Shown: positions 1 to 11,640, counted from the first letter of the whole stretch. The stretch: 61,239 bases of DNA, filler included, from Pirum gemmata (GCA_002812295.1; 16 parts of 16 records of this genome joined end to end with filler, not necessarily neighbours in it), one strand, 5' to 3'. The notes: generated by a model not told the origin, from the letters alone. Made by a program: numbers and translations.

Positions 1-96
1 AGTATTATAAAACAAATCTTGTCATTAATTGATATTATTTGATTCTTTTATCAATAATTTAACTAATCGATATATATTTATTAAATATATAACATT

Positions 97-735
97 GGGT
101 TAGGATGTTTAGGATTAGGGTTAGGGTCAGATTTAGTGTTGGGGTTAGTTTTAGTATTGAGGTTAGCGACTGTTAGGGTTGATTAGGGTTAGGGTTAGGG
201 TTAGGGTTGGATTAAGTCACCTATTGTCTCAAGATTGATAAGGCTTTCATAAATATAATTGATCAATATTTAATTTATGAAAAAAATGTATTTTTTTTTT
301 AAAATGCAACACCACAATAAGGCATAATTACACTCTAAAACTCTCTAAATAAGTTCAATAAACTTCCAAAGAGAACTTTGGAACGATCGGCCACAACAAT
401 CCAATATCCAATCCGGTGCCTAGAGTAAAATTTCAGGGCTTGCATGCAACTGAAAGAAGGCTTGGGAGTTCAATGCATGCAAGTTGCAATCAAAAAAATA
501 AATGGGGAGAATCAATTGGTGTTTTGGCCCTTAGTTCTATATTTAGATTCTCTATTTTTATAACAGTGTGCCTAGAACAGCGTGCAGTTTTATTTTATAA
601 ATAAGGCAATTCCAAAACAGAACTAAGAAAAGAATTTGCCAAGAAAAAGACTGTTAGCCACTTTGATGACTTGACGATGAGTCGATACAGTCGATAGCTA
701 ATAGACTGCAGTAATAGGAGTACGCCTCTACACAT
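97..735 (+). repeat. Left arm of a long imperfect inverted repeat, starting in degenerate and perfect TTAGGG repeats
   Basis: Colinear reverse complement of 1570-2605, e.g. TTAAGTCACC / GGTGACTTAA, CAATCCAATATCCAATCCG / CGGATTGGATATTGGATT, TTTGATGACTTGACGATGAGTCGATA / TATCGACTCATCGTCAAGTCATCAAA. Confidence 0.9.
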
Positions 736-1295
736 TCTACCTCATAATTACTGGTATGATAGTCTATTTATATTTAGCTATATTTAGATATATATATTAT
801 ATTAATTTCTTCGTATTCTACCCATAATATGATATTCGTCTTTTAATTAAAAAAAAGTTCGAACTTATGTAATTGTTTTAAAATAAGTTTGAAAGTTTTT
901 TTCGAACGGAAGAGGTTAAAAATTCTTCATCCTTTTTTTCAATATTAAAAAAACAAACATTCCACCCGTTACAATTAATGTAGTTATGTGTTTTTTTGAT
1001 TTGTTTTATAATATTTTGGTAAAAGTATAAATATTCTGTAGTATTCTATATTAAAAAAGCTATATAATATTATATAGTACTTATATAGTGCAAACAAGCT
1101 AAAAACATCTGACTTTTGGGTTTCAGTATAATTTCAGTTTTCGAACATAAGTAATTTTTAATATTTATTAAATACATTTGAAATATTCAAACATATTATA
1201 TAATATAAAAAAATGTGGGACTTTTAACTAGTAAAAAAATAGAACGTTTTTTTATTGTATACTCTTAGCTTGGGATTGGATTATTTTTTTTTAAA

Positions 1296-1390
1296 CCCCA
1301 ACCCTAACCCTAACCCTAACCCTAACCCTAACCCTAACCCTAACCCTAACCCTAACCCTAACCCTAACCCTAACCCTACCTAACCCTATC
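1296..1390 (-). repeat. Interstitial telomeric (CCCTAA)n array
   Basis: About 13 near-perfect units with non-telomeric flanks on both sides. Confidence 0.95.
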
Positions 1391-1569
1391 TAGTAGCTTA
1401 GCTAGTATCATAGCTACTTGGATTAGTAAAAAATGATACAGAAAAATGATGATATATCTGATACAAGACTAAACTATCGTATTTTTCAATAGAGTTGCCC
1501 AGTTCAAAAACTGAAATAGCGTACCAAATAATTATTATGGTTAAACTATCAAACATGTTTTTTAAAATT

Positions 1570-2605
1570 AATGTGCAGATGCGTACTCCTACTGCAGTCT
1601 AATAGCTATCGACTCATCGTCAAGTCATCAAATTTGCTGTTAGTCTTTTTAGTCTTTTTCTAGTCTTTTTCTCGACAAATTCAAATTCCTTAGTTCCGTT
1701 TTGGAATTGCCTTATAAAGCAAAACTGCACTACCGTTATAAAAATATAGAATCTAAATATAGTACTAAGGGTCAAAACACCAATTGATTCTCCCCATTAA
1801 TTTTTTTGATTACAACTTTTTTAAAAAAAAATGGAAATGCAAACAACCTCTCAGTTGCAACTTGTAACAAGCCCTGAAAATTTGAAACTTGATAAATAAA
1901 ATTACTCTAGGCATCGGATTGGATATTGGATTATTTGTGGCCAATCGTTCGAAAGTTCTACCTTAATTAGAAGTTCAATCTTACTAGTTCATTCTTGAGT
2001 GTAGAAGTTTTTGTGTTTTTGTATTTTTGTGTTTTTGTATTTTGGTGTTTTTGTATTTTTGTGTTTTTGTATTTTTGCGTTTTTGTATTTTTGTGTTTTT
2101 TTTTTACGATAGTTTGTTCTTATGCCTTAACATGGTGTCGCATTTTAAAAAAAATTTACATTTTTTTTTTTCATAAACTAAATTTATTTATTTAGTTGTC
2201 TATAGGATTATTGTTCAATTATATTTATGAAAGCCTTCTCAATCTCGAGATAATAATTATGGTGACTTAATTAACCCAACCCTAACCCTAACCCTAACCC
2301 TAACCCTAACCCCAACCCCAACCCTAACCCTAACCCTAACCCTAACCCTAACCCTAACCCTAACCCTAACCCTAACCCTAACCCTNCTAACCCTAACCCT
2401 AACCCTAACCCTAACCCTAACCCTAACCCTAACCCTAACCCTAACCCTAACCCTAACCCTAACAGTCCCTAAACTCATTCCTAACACTAACCCTAACCCT
2501 CATCCGGACCCTAACCCGAACAGTCCCTAACCTCATTCCTAACACTAACCCTAACCCTAATCCTAATCCCAACCCCAATAACCCTAATAACCCTAACCCC
2601 AACCA
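1570..2605 (-). repeat. Right arm of the long inverted repeat, ending in a (CCCTAA)n array
   Basis: Reverse complement of 97-735, with indels and an expanded TTTTTGTA/G satellite at about 2008-2100. Confidence 0.9.
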
Positions 2606-2777
2606 ACTGCGCAGATTAGGCACTAGCTAGCTACATATATTTCGATTTATATAAAAGTCTATTCATAAGCAAGCTACCTTGTAGTCCAGCTAGACTAGAG
2701 TATCATCAGTAGCTAATATGTATATTATTCACTAGTATTAGTCACATTTGAAATATACATATGACATAATAGGGTCT

Positions 2778-2985
2778 ATTATCGTTTATTTCTTTACAGC
2801 TGTCTTCTCAATCTTTAATTTGGTACTGTTTAAGTGTATAATTGAACTTGTTTATAAAATAAAATATTATGTATAAAATACCAAATAAATTAAAACATGC
2901 CTGATAGTTTAACCATAATAGTAATTTGGTATGTTTATTTTAGTTTTTGAACTGGGTAACTCTATTGAAAAACATTATAGTTTAG
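2778..2985. mobile_element. Dispersed ~200-bp repeat, family B (MITE-like); other copies at 28697-28894, 1461-1570 (inverted, partial) and 6125-6165 (fragment)
   Basis: Shared core ATCTTTAATTTGGTACTGTTTAAGTGTATAA...CTGATAGTTTAACCATAATA; the 28697 copy is bounded by TTATCG...CGATAA. Confidence 0.75.
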
Positions 2986-3026
2986 TCTTGTATATATCAG
3001 ATATATTATCATGAACAGATTTTTTG

Positions 3027-3140
<114 letters not shown>

Positions 3141-3313
3141 NNNNNNNNNNNNNNNNNNNNNNNNNNNNNNNNNNNNNNNNCAAAAACAAAAACAAAAACA
3201 AAAACAAAAACAAAAACAAAAACAAAAACAAAAACAAAAACAAAAACAAAAACAAAAACAAAAACAAAAACAAAAATAGAACAAAAACAAAACAAACAAA
3301 AATCCTTTGAAAA

Positions 3314-3697
3314 ATGAAAGTCTCTTACTCCTTTGCCGTTATTGCCAGTATGGTAGTTCTTGCTCAAGCTGCACCAACTGCACTAGAGACAACTACAACT
3401 GCTTCTCCAGCTGCAACTACTGCTTCTCCAGCTTCTCCAGCTTCTCCAGCTGAAGGTATTAAAAAGACCGAGTTTAAACAGACTAAACTGACTAAACTGA
3501 CGCCAGAAAAAGCTGCTGCCTTTAAAATAATTAAAGAGGCCTTATTAGAAAAAAAAGTTGATATCGATGATAAATTAAAAGTCAACAGTACTACTGAAGA
3601 GCTGGTGGAAGAGGGCATTGTCACTGAAGATGATTTGGAAGACTTTTGGGGCTGGGGTTGGGGAGGTTGGGGAGGTTGGGGAGGTTGGGGAGGTTGG
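3314..3697 (+). CDS. Secreted protein with a T/S/P/A-rich stalk and a C-terminal (GGW)n repeat; 3' end truncated by the contig end
   Basis: Signal-peptide-like MKVSYSFAVIASMVVLAQA, TTTASPA repeats, then FWGWGWGGWGGWGGWGGW running into the linker. Confidence 0.8.
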
Positions 3698-3797
3698 NNN
3701 NNNNNNNNNNNNNNNNNNNNNNNNNNNNNNNNNNNNNNNNNTTAATTAATTAANNNNNNNNNNNNNNNNNNNNNNNNNNNNNNNNNNNNNNNNNNNN
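3698..3797. other. Artificial contig linker N44-TTAATTAATTAA-N44; also at 7438, 11239, 15708, 19498, 23278, 27004, 30783, 35054, 38823, 42589, 46132, 49905, 53692 and 57466 (100 bp each)
   Basis: Identical 100-bp structure occurs 15 times; TTAATTAATTAA places stop codons in all six frames. Confidence 0.98.
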
Positions 3798-3890
3798 ACC
3801 AACACCAACACCAACACCAACACCAACAGCAACACCAACATCAACACCAACACCAACACCAACACCATCACCAACACCATCACCATCACC

Positions 3891-3934
<44 letters not shown>

Positions 3935-3999
3935 ACACATACATGATAAATAAAACAAAGATAATAAACCAAACAAAACAAAACAAAAATCTTTATTAC

Positions 4000-4266
4000 C
4001 TTAGACACCATGTGGGCTTGAGCGGCCTCGCCACTTAAAAACGCTTTTCCTGTATCATTACATTTTAAACACATATAATAATTCCCAACTTTCATTCCCA
4101 AATACGCCAACAAACCGTTAACATCGACAAGGTAATCATGATCAGGAATAAAAAAGCTATGACTAATAACCATATGTTCTATACAATCTCTCACACTATT
4201 ATGTGTTTTCGAACAAAATAAACAATCTTCTATTTGCCAGTCAAATTCATCAACTTCTTCGATTTC
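4000..4266 (-). CDS. REI1: Internal exon of the cytoplasmic 60S maturation zinc-finger protein ZNF622/Rei1
   Basis: EDCLFCSKTHNSVRDCIEHMVISHSFFIPDHDYLVDVNGLLAYLGMKVGNYYMCLKCN...AAQAHMVSK fits the Rei1/ZNF622 C2H2 pair; AG acceptor and GT donor; 267 bp, phase 0. Confidence 0.9.
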
Positions 4267-4437
4267 CTGATAGTTTTATAAATATAAGTCATAAATAAAT
4301 AGAATGGTCAGGATTACAGTTGCGGTTGCGGTTGCGGTTGCGGTTATTATTAGGGTGCGGTTAGAGTTGGGGTTGCGGTTTTATTAGGGTTGCGGTTAAG
4401 GTTGCGGTGGTGGTTGGGGGTTGGGGGTTGCGGTTAC

Positions 4438-4585
4438 CATATCATCACCATCTTCTTCCATAGGTTCTGTTTTTTTCTTACGAACTTGTTGTGGTTTAGC
4501 AGCATTTTCTTTATGTTTTTTAGAATTTAAATGGTTATCGAATGCGCCTTTAGTTTGAAATAGCTTTCTACAAGACTGACAGTAA
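4438..4585 (-). CDS. REI1: Upstream exon of ZNF622/Rei1 (second N-terminal zinc finger)
   Basis: YCQSCRKLFQTKGAFDNHLNSKKHKEN...EEDGDDM; ttcag acceptor and gtaacc donor; splices in frame to 4266. Confidence 0.85.
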
Positions 4586-4610
4586 CTGAATATTATATGT
4601 AATTAAACCC

Positions 4611-4611
<1 letters not shown>

Positions 4612-4666
<55 letters not shown>

Positions 4667-5706
4667 TCGAGTCACCGCCGACAGAAAGTAAAACTAAATT
4701 GAGAAGAAAAAGTACAAGCGTTGTTCAAGACATACTAAAGAAAAAGAAAAAAGAAAACATTTACGATAACATGTTTTACATTTATGATGGTAATGATATT
4801 TATTTTAATGCGCTCAAAACGAAGTGTAATACTAACTACAAAAACAACAAGAATAATAATGATAATAATACTAACAGTAGTGCTAGTGGCCCTAGTACTT
4901 GTAGTAGTAGCCATAGATCAGATACTACTACTACTACTACTATAGATGCTTTTGCTTCTACTTCGAATTCTACTAACCAAAACAACAACAACCAGAATGA
5001 CGAAACCAAACCTATACCCCCATGCCATTTACCTCCTGATCCAGAATTATTAGAACGTACTTTAAATTTTCGACCAACCCCTTTACAAATCAGTGTTTCA
5101 GTCGAGTACGATTTACCACAGCTTGAAGCTGGTGTTAAATCACAAGTATCCTCACCGATAGCTTTAGTGAGGCTTAGTCCCGGCCAAAACAACCACGCCC
5201 CGTTAAGTAATACCAAATCTTTACCATCTTCACCGCTCTTTGGTGGTGAAAGAGACTTTCATGAATATGATGATGTTCATGCCTTTTTTTTTAATGGCCA
5301 TACTTCATTTTCGAATGATAAGAACAACAACAACAACAAAAAGCAAAATAATTCGAATGAAAAGAATTTTAATGAGTATGATACGGTGCAAGGCTTTTTT
5401 GAAGATTTAGAAAAAAAACAAAGACATGAAAGACGACGACAAGAAAAGTTATTGTCCTTAGAATTAAAGGAGCAGGAGTTACCACAACCACCACCACCGC
5501 CTGCTGAGGAACTTCAACAACGAATGCAAAGAATGCAACAACAACAACAACAACAACAACAGCAGCAACAACAGCAACAACAGCAGCAGCAGCAGCAGCA
5601 CCAACACCACCAGCAAAAACAACAAAAGCAAAACCAGAAACAAAACCAACGGCAACGGCGACAAGAATTACAAATATTACCTCTAAAAGTTTCTATTGCA
5701 TCTTAA
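4612..5706 (+). CDS. 3' part of a low-complexity N/Q/S-rich protein of unknown function
   Basis: Frame is open from the (AAT)n tract (poly-Asn) to TAA at 5704-5706; no convincing start. Confidence 0.6.
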
Positions 5707-5792
5707 AAAAACCAATACTAATTTTAATTATTAATTTAAACACAAATTTAAAATTTAATATATTCTTAAATCCATTAAAAATGTTTATTCAG

Positions 5793-5929
5793 GAAGATGT
5801 GTGAAAACACAACTCGATCCTAATTGTTAAATAGTGACAAATAAAATTTTAATGAAATCAAAAGTGAGTAAATCGATAAATTTCGAAAATGTCGAACTAG
5901 TCTCGATTCGATGTTTTTCCCGCATCCCC
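5793..5929. mobile_element. MITE family C, short copy with apparent CAG TSD; longer inverted copy at 56742-56974
   Basis: Ends GAAGATGTGTGAAAACA...TGTTTTTCCCGCATCCCC with CAG on both flanks; interior matches 56742-56974 in reverse. Confidence 0.7.
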
Positions 5930-6319
5930 CAGGAGAATTATTATTATTATTATTTTCATTTTTTTATTTATTCATTTTATTTATTTATTTACTTTTTTAT
6001 TATTTTGTTGATTTGTTAGTAGAATGACTAATACTAATTAATAATATCTCTTAACTTTTCCTACACATTATTTGAAAATTTGAATCAATATTTCATAAAT
6101 ATTAGAAAATGAAGGACTCCTTGAGAAAATTGAAATAAACGAAACCAATTATTATGGTTAAATAGTAGGGGTGAGATATCTACTGGAACTTTTTTCACAG
6201 ATGCTGATCGAGCCAACCTTAGTAAGTTAATGCTTTTTCTTTTATTTATATTATAAATGTATTTATATTGTATCACGATAGTAGTAATGTGTAGTAGTAC
6301 TATAAAATAAGCCTAACTT

Positions 6320-6382
<63 letters not shown>

Positions 6383-6392
6383 GAATAATAGC

Positions 6393-6423
<31 letters not shown>

Positions 6424-6489
6424 GTACTAATAATAATAATAATAATAATAATAATTTTAATAATAATAATAATAATAATAATAATATCC

Positions 6490-6731
6490 AACAACAATTA
6501 ACAACATCAACAGCAGTAGCAACAGCGGCAACTTCAACTTCAACTTCAGCTACATCAATACCATCAACTCAGTCTACACAATTGACACCACACCAAATTT
6601 TGCTTCAACAGAAAAAGCAAAAACAGTTACAACAACAAAAATTGTTAAACAAACAACCCCAGCAACCCCAGCAACCCCAACAACAACAGAAAGGAAAAGT
6701 AAGCAAAGCCTTTTCACAACAGCAAAATTTC

Positions 6732-6774
<43 letters not shown>

Positions 6775-6803
6775 TAAACAATAACAATAATAACAATAAT
6801 GAT

Positions 6804-6836
<33 letters not shown>

Positions 6837-7061
6837 AACAATAACAATGTCAATGATAATAATAACAATAACAAAAAAACCACAAAACGAACACAATCTA
6901 ATACAGCCACAAACAACCAAGCTCAACGAAAAGGGTCCTTTCAAAGTGGTACTGCGGTAACGGGAGAGGTAGTGAAAAAAAGCGGGGCACCGCTCACTCA
7001 TGCCCAAATAGTTCAACAACAAAAGTATGCTAATACACAGCAGATTAAAACAAAAGAAGTG
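6490..7061 (+). CDS. Exon of a Q/N-rich protein of unknown function
   Basis: Open frame with poly-Q and poly-N, ending KTKEV|gtaagt; the following intron begins with (CCCTAA)4. Confidence 0.55.
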
Positions 7062-8029
7062 GTAAGTAACCCTAACCCTAACCCTAACCCTAAGTGTTGT
7101 GTGTATCAATTACAATTTCATTTATCGTACATGTTATGAATATTATGATTATTATTATTGTGATGTATTATGATCATTCTTATGCTTACGCTTATTATTC
7201 TTATTATGCCTACTATGCTTATTATGCTTATTATTGATTAATTATTTATCATTAATTACTGATTATTGATTGTTAATGAGAATTCATTGTTATTGATTGT
7301 TGATTATTATTGAATATTGATTATTATTGATTATTGATTATTATTGATTTTATTAATTATTAATTACTGATTATTATTATTGTTATTATTGATTATTATT
7401 ATTGATTATTATTATTATTACTATTATTATTATTATTNNNNNNNNNNNNNNNNNNNNNNNNNNNNNNNNNNNNNNNNNNNNTTAATTAATTAANNNNNNN
7501 NNNNNNNNNNNNNNNNNNNNNNNNNNNNNNNNNNNNNATTTTTAACTCAAAAAAAATTAAGAAAAATAAATTGATTTTTAGGCCCGGAAAAAAGTGAGTG
7601 TTTAAAAATAATTTTTATGATCGGTTCCGGTAGATTAGTTAGACTACCGGTAGACCCCCAACACAAGACTATCTAAAAAAACCCAACTTTTATTAGGGTT
7701 AACTGTTAAATGTTAAAATAAAATTAATAATTTAATTAAAAAAACAAAATTCTTAAATCCCAAAATTAGAAATAAAACATACAATTTAATATATATTTAA
7801 TATTAGTTAAAAGTTTTTTTTTACACTTGTAAACATTAAAAAAAATGACTGGGTTATTGTTATTAATATTATTATTATTATTTTATTAATATTAAATTAT
7901 TATTATTATTAGATTAAATATTATTTTTAGGAATTACTTGTAATTTTATTATTATTATTATTTTAAAATTAAATATTATTATGTTTTATAATTGCAAATA
8001 TAATATATTAATATTAATAATATATTAAT

Positions 8030-11000
8030 TTAATCACAACCATCTCCTGTAAACCCATCATAACATTGACAACCATTTTCTGATGGTTCACCACCAACTG
8101 GATAATTACAAGAATCAAACTTATTTTTCTTAGCAAACTTATAAAACTCATTAGTGTGTTGTTTGTTGAATAGTTCTGCTTTACGTATACAATCACTCAC
8201 TAATAATTCAGTGAAATGTATCGCTGCTTGAGCATCACCCTGTTGAGAATCCGTCACACACCCATTGATTTTCTCATCAAGATCGCTAGCAGTTATACAC
8301 CCACTGGAAACGGCCAATTTCCCCCATTGGGAAGTTTTAATTACACTACAAGCTATGTTTTTGTCCAGTTTCTCTGCAGCCGATTTAGCGTTGACCAATT
8401 CCTTTTTAGAGTGTTTGCTTTCGTTTGCTAATTTAAGTTTAGTCATATGCATCTTCTTATGCTTTGATTTTTTCCCTACTTCTCTTCGACCTCGTTTAGT
8501 ATTAATGCCTAAAGGAGAATACGTAGGATGGATCGAACGACAATAGTCATTTGGTGTAGAAGTAGGACGTCCAACTTTGCAAACTTTGGTTTCAAGACCA
8601 ACTGGAAGTTTGTTGGACGGTAAACCCCTTTCAAAGTTAGTGTTAAAAGCCACAAATTTACTTTCATCATAATCGTTATAACGATTACCATCCCAATTAC
8701 CGAAGAGACCCATTTCAACATGACCTTTGTAAATTGGACTGGGGTAAAAATCTTCAACTTGAATAAACCAACCCCAATAAGCACCACCGTAAACCACAGA
8801 AAGCCAAAGTCTTGAACCACACGGAAAGGCTAAGTCATAATGATGTCTTTGGTTATTAATGTGTCTAGAATTCCAACATATTTGTTCTGGTTTGCTTCCA
8901 GAGAAACTAGCATGTAGCCTTTGATTGTATTTGTTAAAATCATAATTATGAGGGGAATAAAGCTCAATAAAAGTGTTCTTGTACTGTATAGATAAGTGGT
9001 TCATAGTTGACAAAGGGTGTAGATTGTTTATACCATGATGAAAGTGGGCTTTGATCAAGAAATCATAAGCTTTGAAAACGGTACCATAGGATCCTTTACT
9101 GTAACTGTGTTTGGCTCCATCTAAAGTTTCAGTATGTGGATCACCCCAAATTTTTCCATGGGCCCGAGAAACACCATTAACAACGCGTTGGCTATGACGA
9201 CAATTGGCACCACTTTCGTCAGTAAAATCAAAATGCACATGCCCAGAGGTAACCTTATGAGGAGTGATGGAAACCCAAAGTTCGCCATTGACACCAGGAC
9301 CGGTAGTAAACGCACATTGGTTACTTTGGATATAATCGTTATCTACGCTGATCTTTACGTGAGCTTCAAGGGAAGTACTAATAATTAACTTTTGTGGACC
9401 GGCAAGTGTAATAGTTCCTCCAGGAGTATTTCCATTAACTTTGAAATGATAATCAGGGCATTTCTTCTTTGGAATTTTTTCACAACAAACGTTTTCACAT
9501 TGTTGCCCTTTACACTCCACATTGCCAACACTTGGTTTTGGCCTTAAACCAGCACCACATTCTCCTTTCCAATCAGAACAAGTAGGGATATCTTCACAAC
9601 AAACGCTTGCACATTGTTGTCCTTTACACTCCACATTGCCAACACTTGGTTTTGGTCTTAAACCAGCAGCACATTTTCCTTTCCAATCAGAACAAGTAGG
9701 GATATTTTCACAACAGACGCTTGCACATTGCTGTCCTTTACACTCCACATTGCCAACACTTGGTTTTGGTCTTAAACCAGCAGCACATTTTCCTTTCCAA
9801 TCAGAACAAGTAGGGATATCTTCACAACAAACGCTTTCACATTGTTGTCCTTTACACTCCACATTGCCAACACTTGGTTTTGGCCTTAAACCAGCACCAC
9901 ATTGGCCTTTCCAATCAGAACAAGTAGGGATATCTTCACAACAAACGCTTGCACATTGCTGCCCTTTGCACTCCACATTGCCAGCATTTGGCTTTGGTCT
10001 TAAACCAGCAGCACAGTTGCCTTTCCAATCCGAGCAAGTTGGAAGTTTCGGTTTTTCTTCACAGCAAACCTTTTGACAATGTTTACCTTTACATTCAATG
10101 TCCTCTGGTGTTGGTTTTGGTATCTGATTTGGTTTACAATTACCCTTCCATTCTGCACAGGTAGGTGGTTTTGGTTTTTCTTCACAACACACTTTGTGAC
10201 AATTCTTATTATTTACACATTCAATGTCTTCTGGCGTTGGTTTTGGTATCTGATTTGGTTTACATTTACCCTTCCATTCTGCACAGGTAGGTGGTTTTGG
10301 TTTTTCTTCACAACACACTTTGTGACAATTCTTATTATTTACACATTCAATGTCTTCTGGATTCGGTTTTGGTGTTTGATTAGGTTTGCATTTACCAGTC
10401 CATATTGCACAAGTAGGTGGTTTTGGTTTGTCTTCACAGCAAACCTTTTTACAATGTTTGCCTTTGCATTCAATATCTTCTGGATTTGGCTTTGGTGTTT
10501 GATTAGGTTTGCATTTACCAGCCCATACTGCACAGGTAGGTGGTGTTGGTTTGTCTTCACAACACACTTTATGACAATTCTTATTATTTACACATTCAAT
10601 GTCTTCTGGATTAGGTTTTGGTGTTTGGTTAGGCTTGCACTTCCCATTCCAGATAGCACAGGTAGGTTCCTCTGATTTACAGCATTCTCTAATACAATCC
10701 TCTTCGGTTTCACACTTGATATCCACCACGCCAGATTTATTTACTAATCCAGGAATTTCTTCGCAGTTGATATCAGCAGTGGCACAAGTTTGACATTCTT
10801 CCGTTTTAGGTTTCTCGCAACATTTTTTTTTGCATTGTTTATCACCTTTACATTTTGTGAGGTCAAAATCAATATCATCACGATCGATTAAATCAAATTT
10901 CTCACACTCACCATCCCAACTAGCACAAGTATCATCGTCATCACATTCTTTTTCCATACAACATTTTTTAATGCAGGCATCCCCTTTACAATGTATTACT

Positions 11001-11161
11001 TGGGGATCAATGTTATCTTTCAAAACTTTTCCATAGTTCTCGCATGATGATTCCCATGTAGTGCAAGTGTGTACATTGCATATTTTTGTTGACTCAATTG
11101 TTTGTATTTCCGCCGCAAACAAACCGAAAGTGGCAAACACGATGGTTGAAAAATTTACCAT
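8030..11161 (-). CDS. Secreted 1043-aa protein: Cys-rich ~38-43-aa tandem repeats, a vWD-like domain and a C-terminal EGF-like motif
   Basis: Hydrophobic N-terminus; about 13 repeats of TCxxWxGxC...PKP...CKGxxCxxVCCE; vWD-type motifs IWGDPHTETLDG and GLFGNWDGNRYND; KRGRR; CQCYDGFTGDGCD. Confidence 0.9.
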   Translation of the reverse strand: MVNFSTIVFATFGLFAAEIQTIESTKICNVHTCTTWESSCENYGKVLKDNIDPQVIHCKGDACIKKCCMEKECDDDDTCASWDGECEKFDLIDRDDIDFDLTKCKGDKQCKKKCCEKPKTEECQTCATADINCEEIPGLVNKSGVVDIKCETEEDCIRECCKSEEPTCAIWNGKCKPNQTPKPNPEDIECVNNKNCHKVCCEDKPTPPTCAVWAGKCKPNQTPKPNPEDIECKGKHCKKVCCEDKPKPPTCAIWTGKCKPNQTPKPNPEDIECVNNKNCHKVCCEEKPKPPTCAEWKGKCKPNQIPKPTPEDIECVNNKNCHKVCCEEKPKPPTCAEWKGNCKPNQIPKPTPEDIECKGKHCQKVCCEEKPKLPTCSDWKGNCAAGLRPKPNAGNVECKGQQCASVCCEDIPTCSDWKGQCGAGLRPKPSVGNVECKGQQCESVCCEDIPTCSDWKGKCAAGLRPKPSVGNVECKGQQCASVCCENIPTCSDWKGKCAAGLRPKPSVGNVECKGQQCASVCCEDIPTCSDWKGECGAGLRPKPSVGNVECKGQQCENVCCEKIPKKKCPDYHFKVNGNTPGGTITLAGPQKLIISTSLEAHVKISVDNDYIQSNQCAFTTGPGVNGELWVSITPHKVTSGHVHFDFTDESGANCRHSQRVVNGVSRAHGKIWGDPHTETLDGAKHSYSKGSYGTVFKAYDFLIKAHFHHGINNLHPLSTMNHLSIQYKNTFIELYSPHNYDFNKYNQRLHASFSGSKPEQICWNSRHINNQRHHYDLAFPCGSRLWLSVVYGGAYWGWFIQVEDFYPSPIYKGHVEMGLFGNWDGNRYNDYDESKFVAFNTNFERGLPSNKLPVGLETKVCKVGRPTSTPNDYCRSIHPTYSPLGINTKRGRREVGKKSKHKKMHMTKLKLANESKHSKKELVNAKSAAEKLDKNIACSVIKTSQWGKLAVSSGCITASDLDEKINGCVTDSQQGDAQAAIHFTELLVSDCIRKAELFNKQHTNEFYKFAKKNKFDSCNYPVGGEPSENGCQCYDGFTGDGCD

Positions 11162-11384
11162 TTTATATGTACTATTATATTAATATTTTTTATACGCGTT
11201 TTTTTTTTTCTATTTTTTAAAAAAAATTTTAAAAAAGTNNNNNNNNNNNNNNNNNNNNNNNNNNNNNNNNNNNNNNNNNNNNTTAATTAATTAANNNNNN
11301 NNNNNNNNNNNNNNNNNNNNNNNNNNNNNNNNNNNNNNTATACGTAGACAACCAAGGCTACAAACAACGACTTGTTACAATTAG

Positions 11385-11640
11385 CCTCACCCTCACCCTA
11401 AATCTAACTCCTTAACCGTAACCCTAACCCTAACCTAACCCTAACCCTACCACTCCCTACCCCTAACCTAACCCTAACCCTATCCTTATCCCTAACCCTA
11501 ACCCCAATCCTAACCCTAACCCTGTTACTAACCGTAACCCTAACCCTAACATTACCTAACCCTAACCCTGTTCCTAACCCTAACTCCTAATTCGGTCCTT
11601 AAACTCAACCTAATTAATAATCAATCTAAACTCAACTAAC
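11385..11640 (-). repeat. Degenerate (CCCTAA)n interstitial array
   Basis: Mixed CCCTAA, CCCTAC and CCGTAA units. Confidence 0.85.

Noticed and set aside
3742..3753. TTAATTAATTAA motif recurring about every 3.7 kb as a possible periodic biological signal
   Set aside because: It is always centred in 44+44 Ns, so it is an artificial concatenation linker; the periodicity only reflects similar contig sizes
6169..6221. Possible micro-exon GEISTGTFFTDADRANL|gtaagt resembling an anoctamin FFTxAxR motif
   Set aside because: Too short and no neighbouring exons recognised; cannot be supported without a search
8216..11036. Many plus-strand and alternate-frame ORFs overlapping the vWD gene
   Set aside because: Shadow ORFs of a repetitive coding sequence
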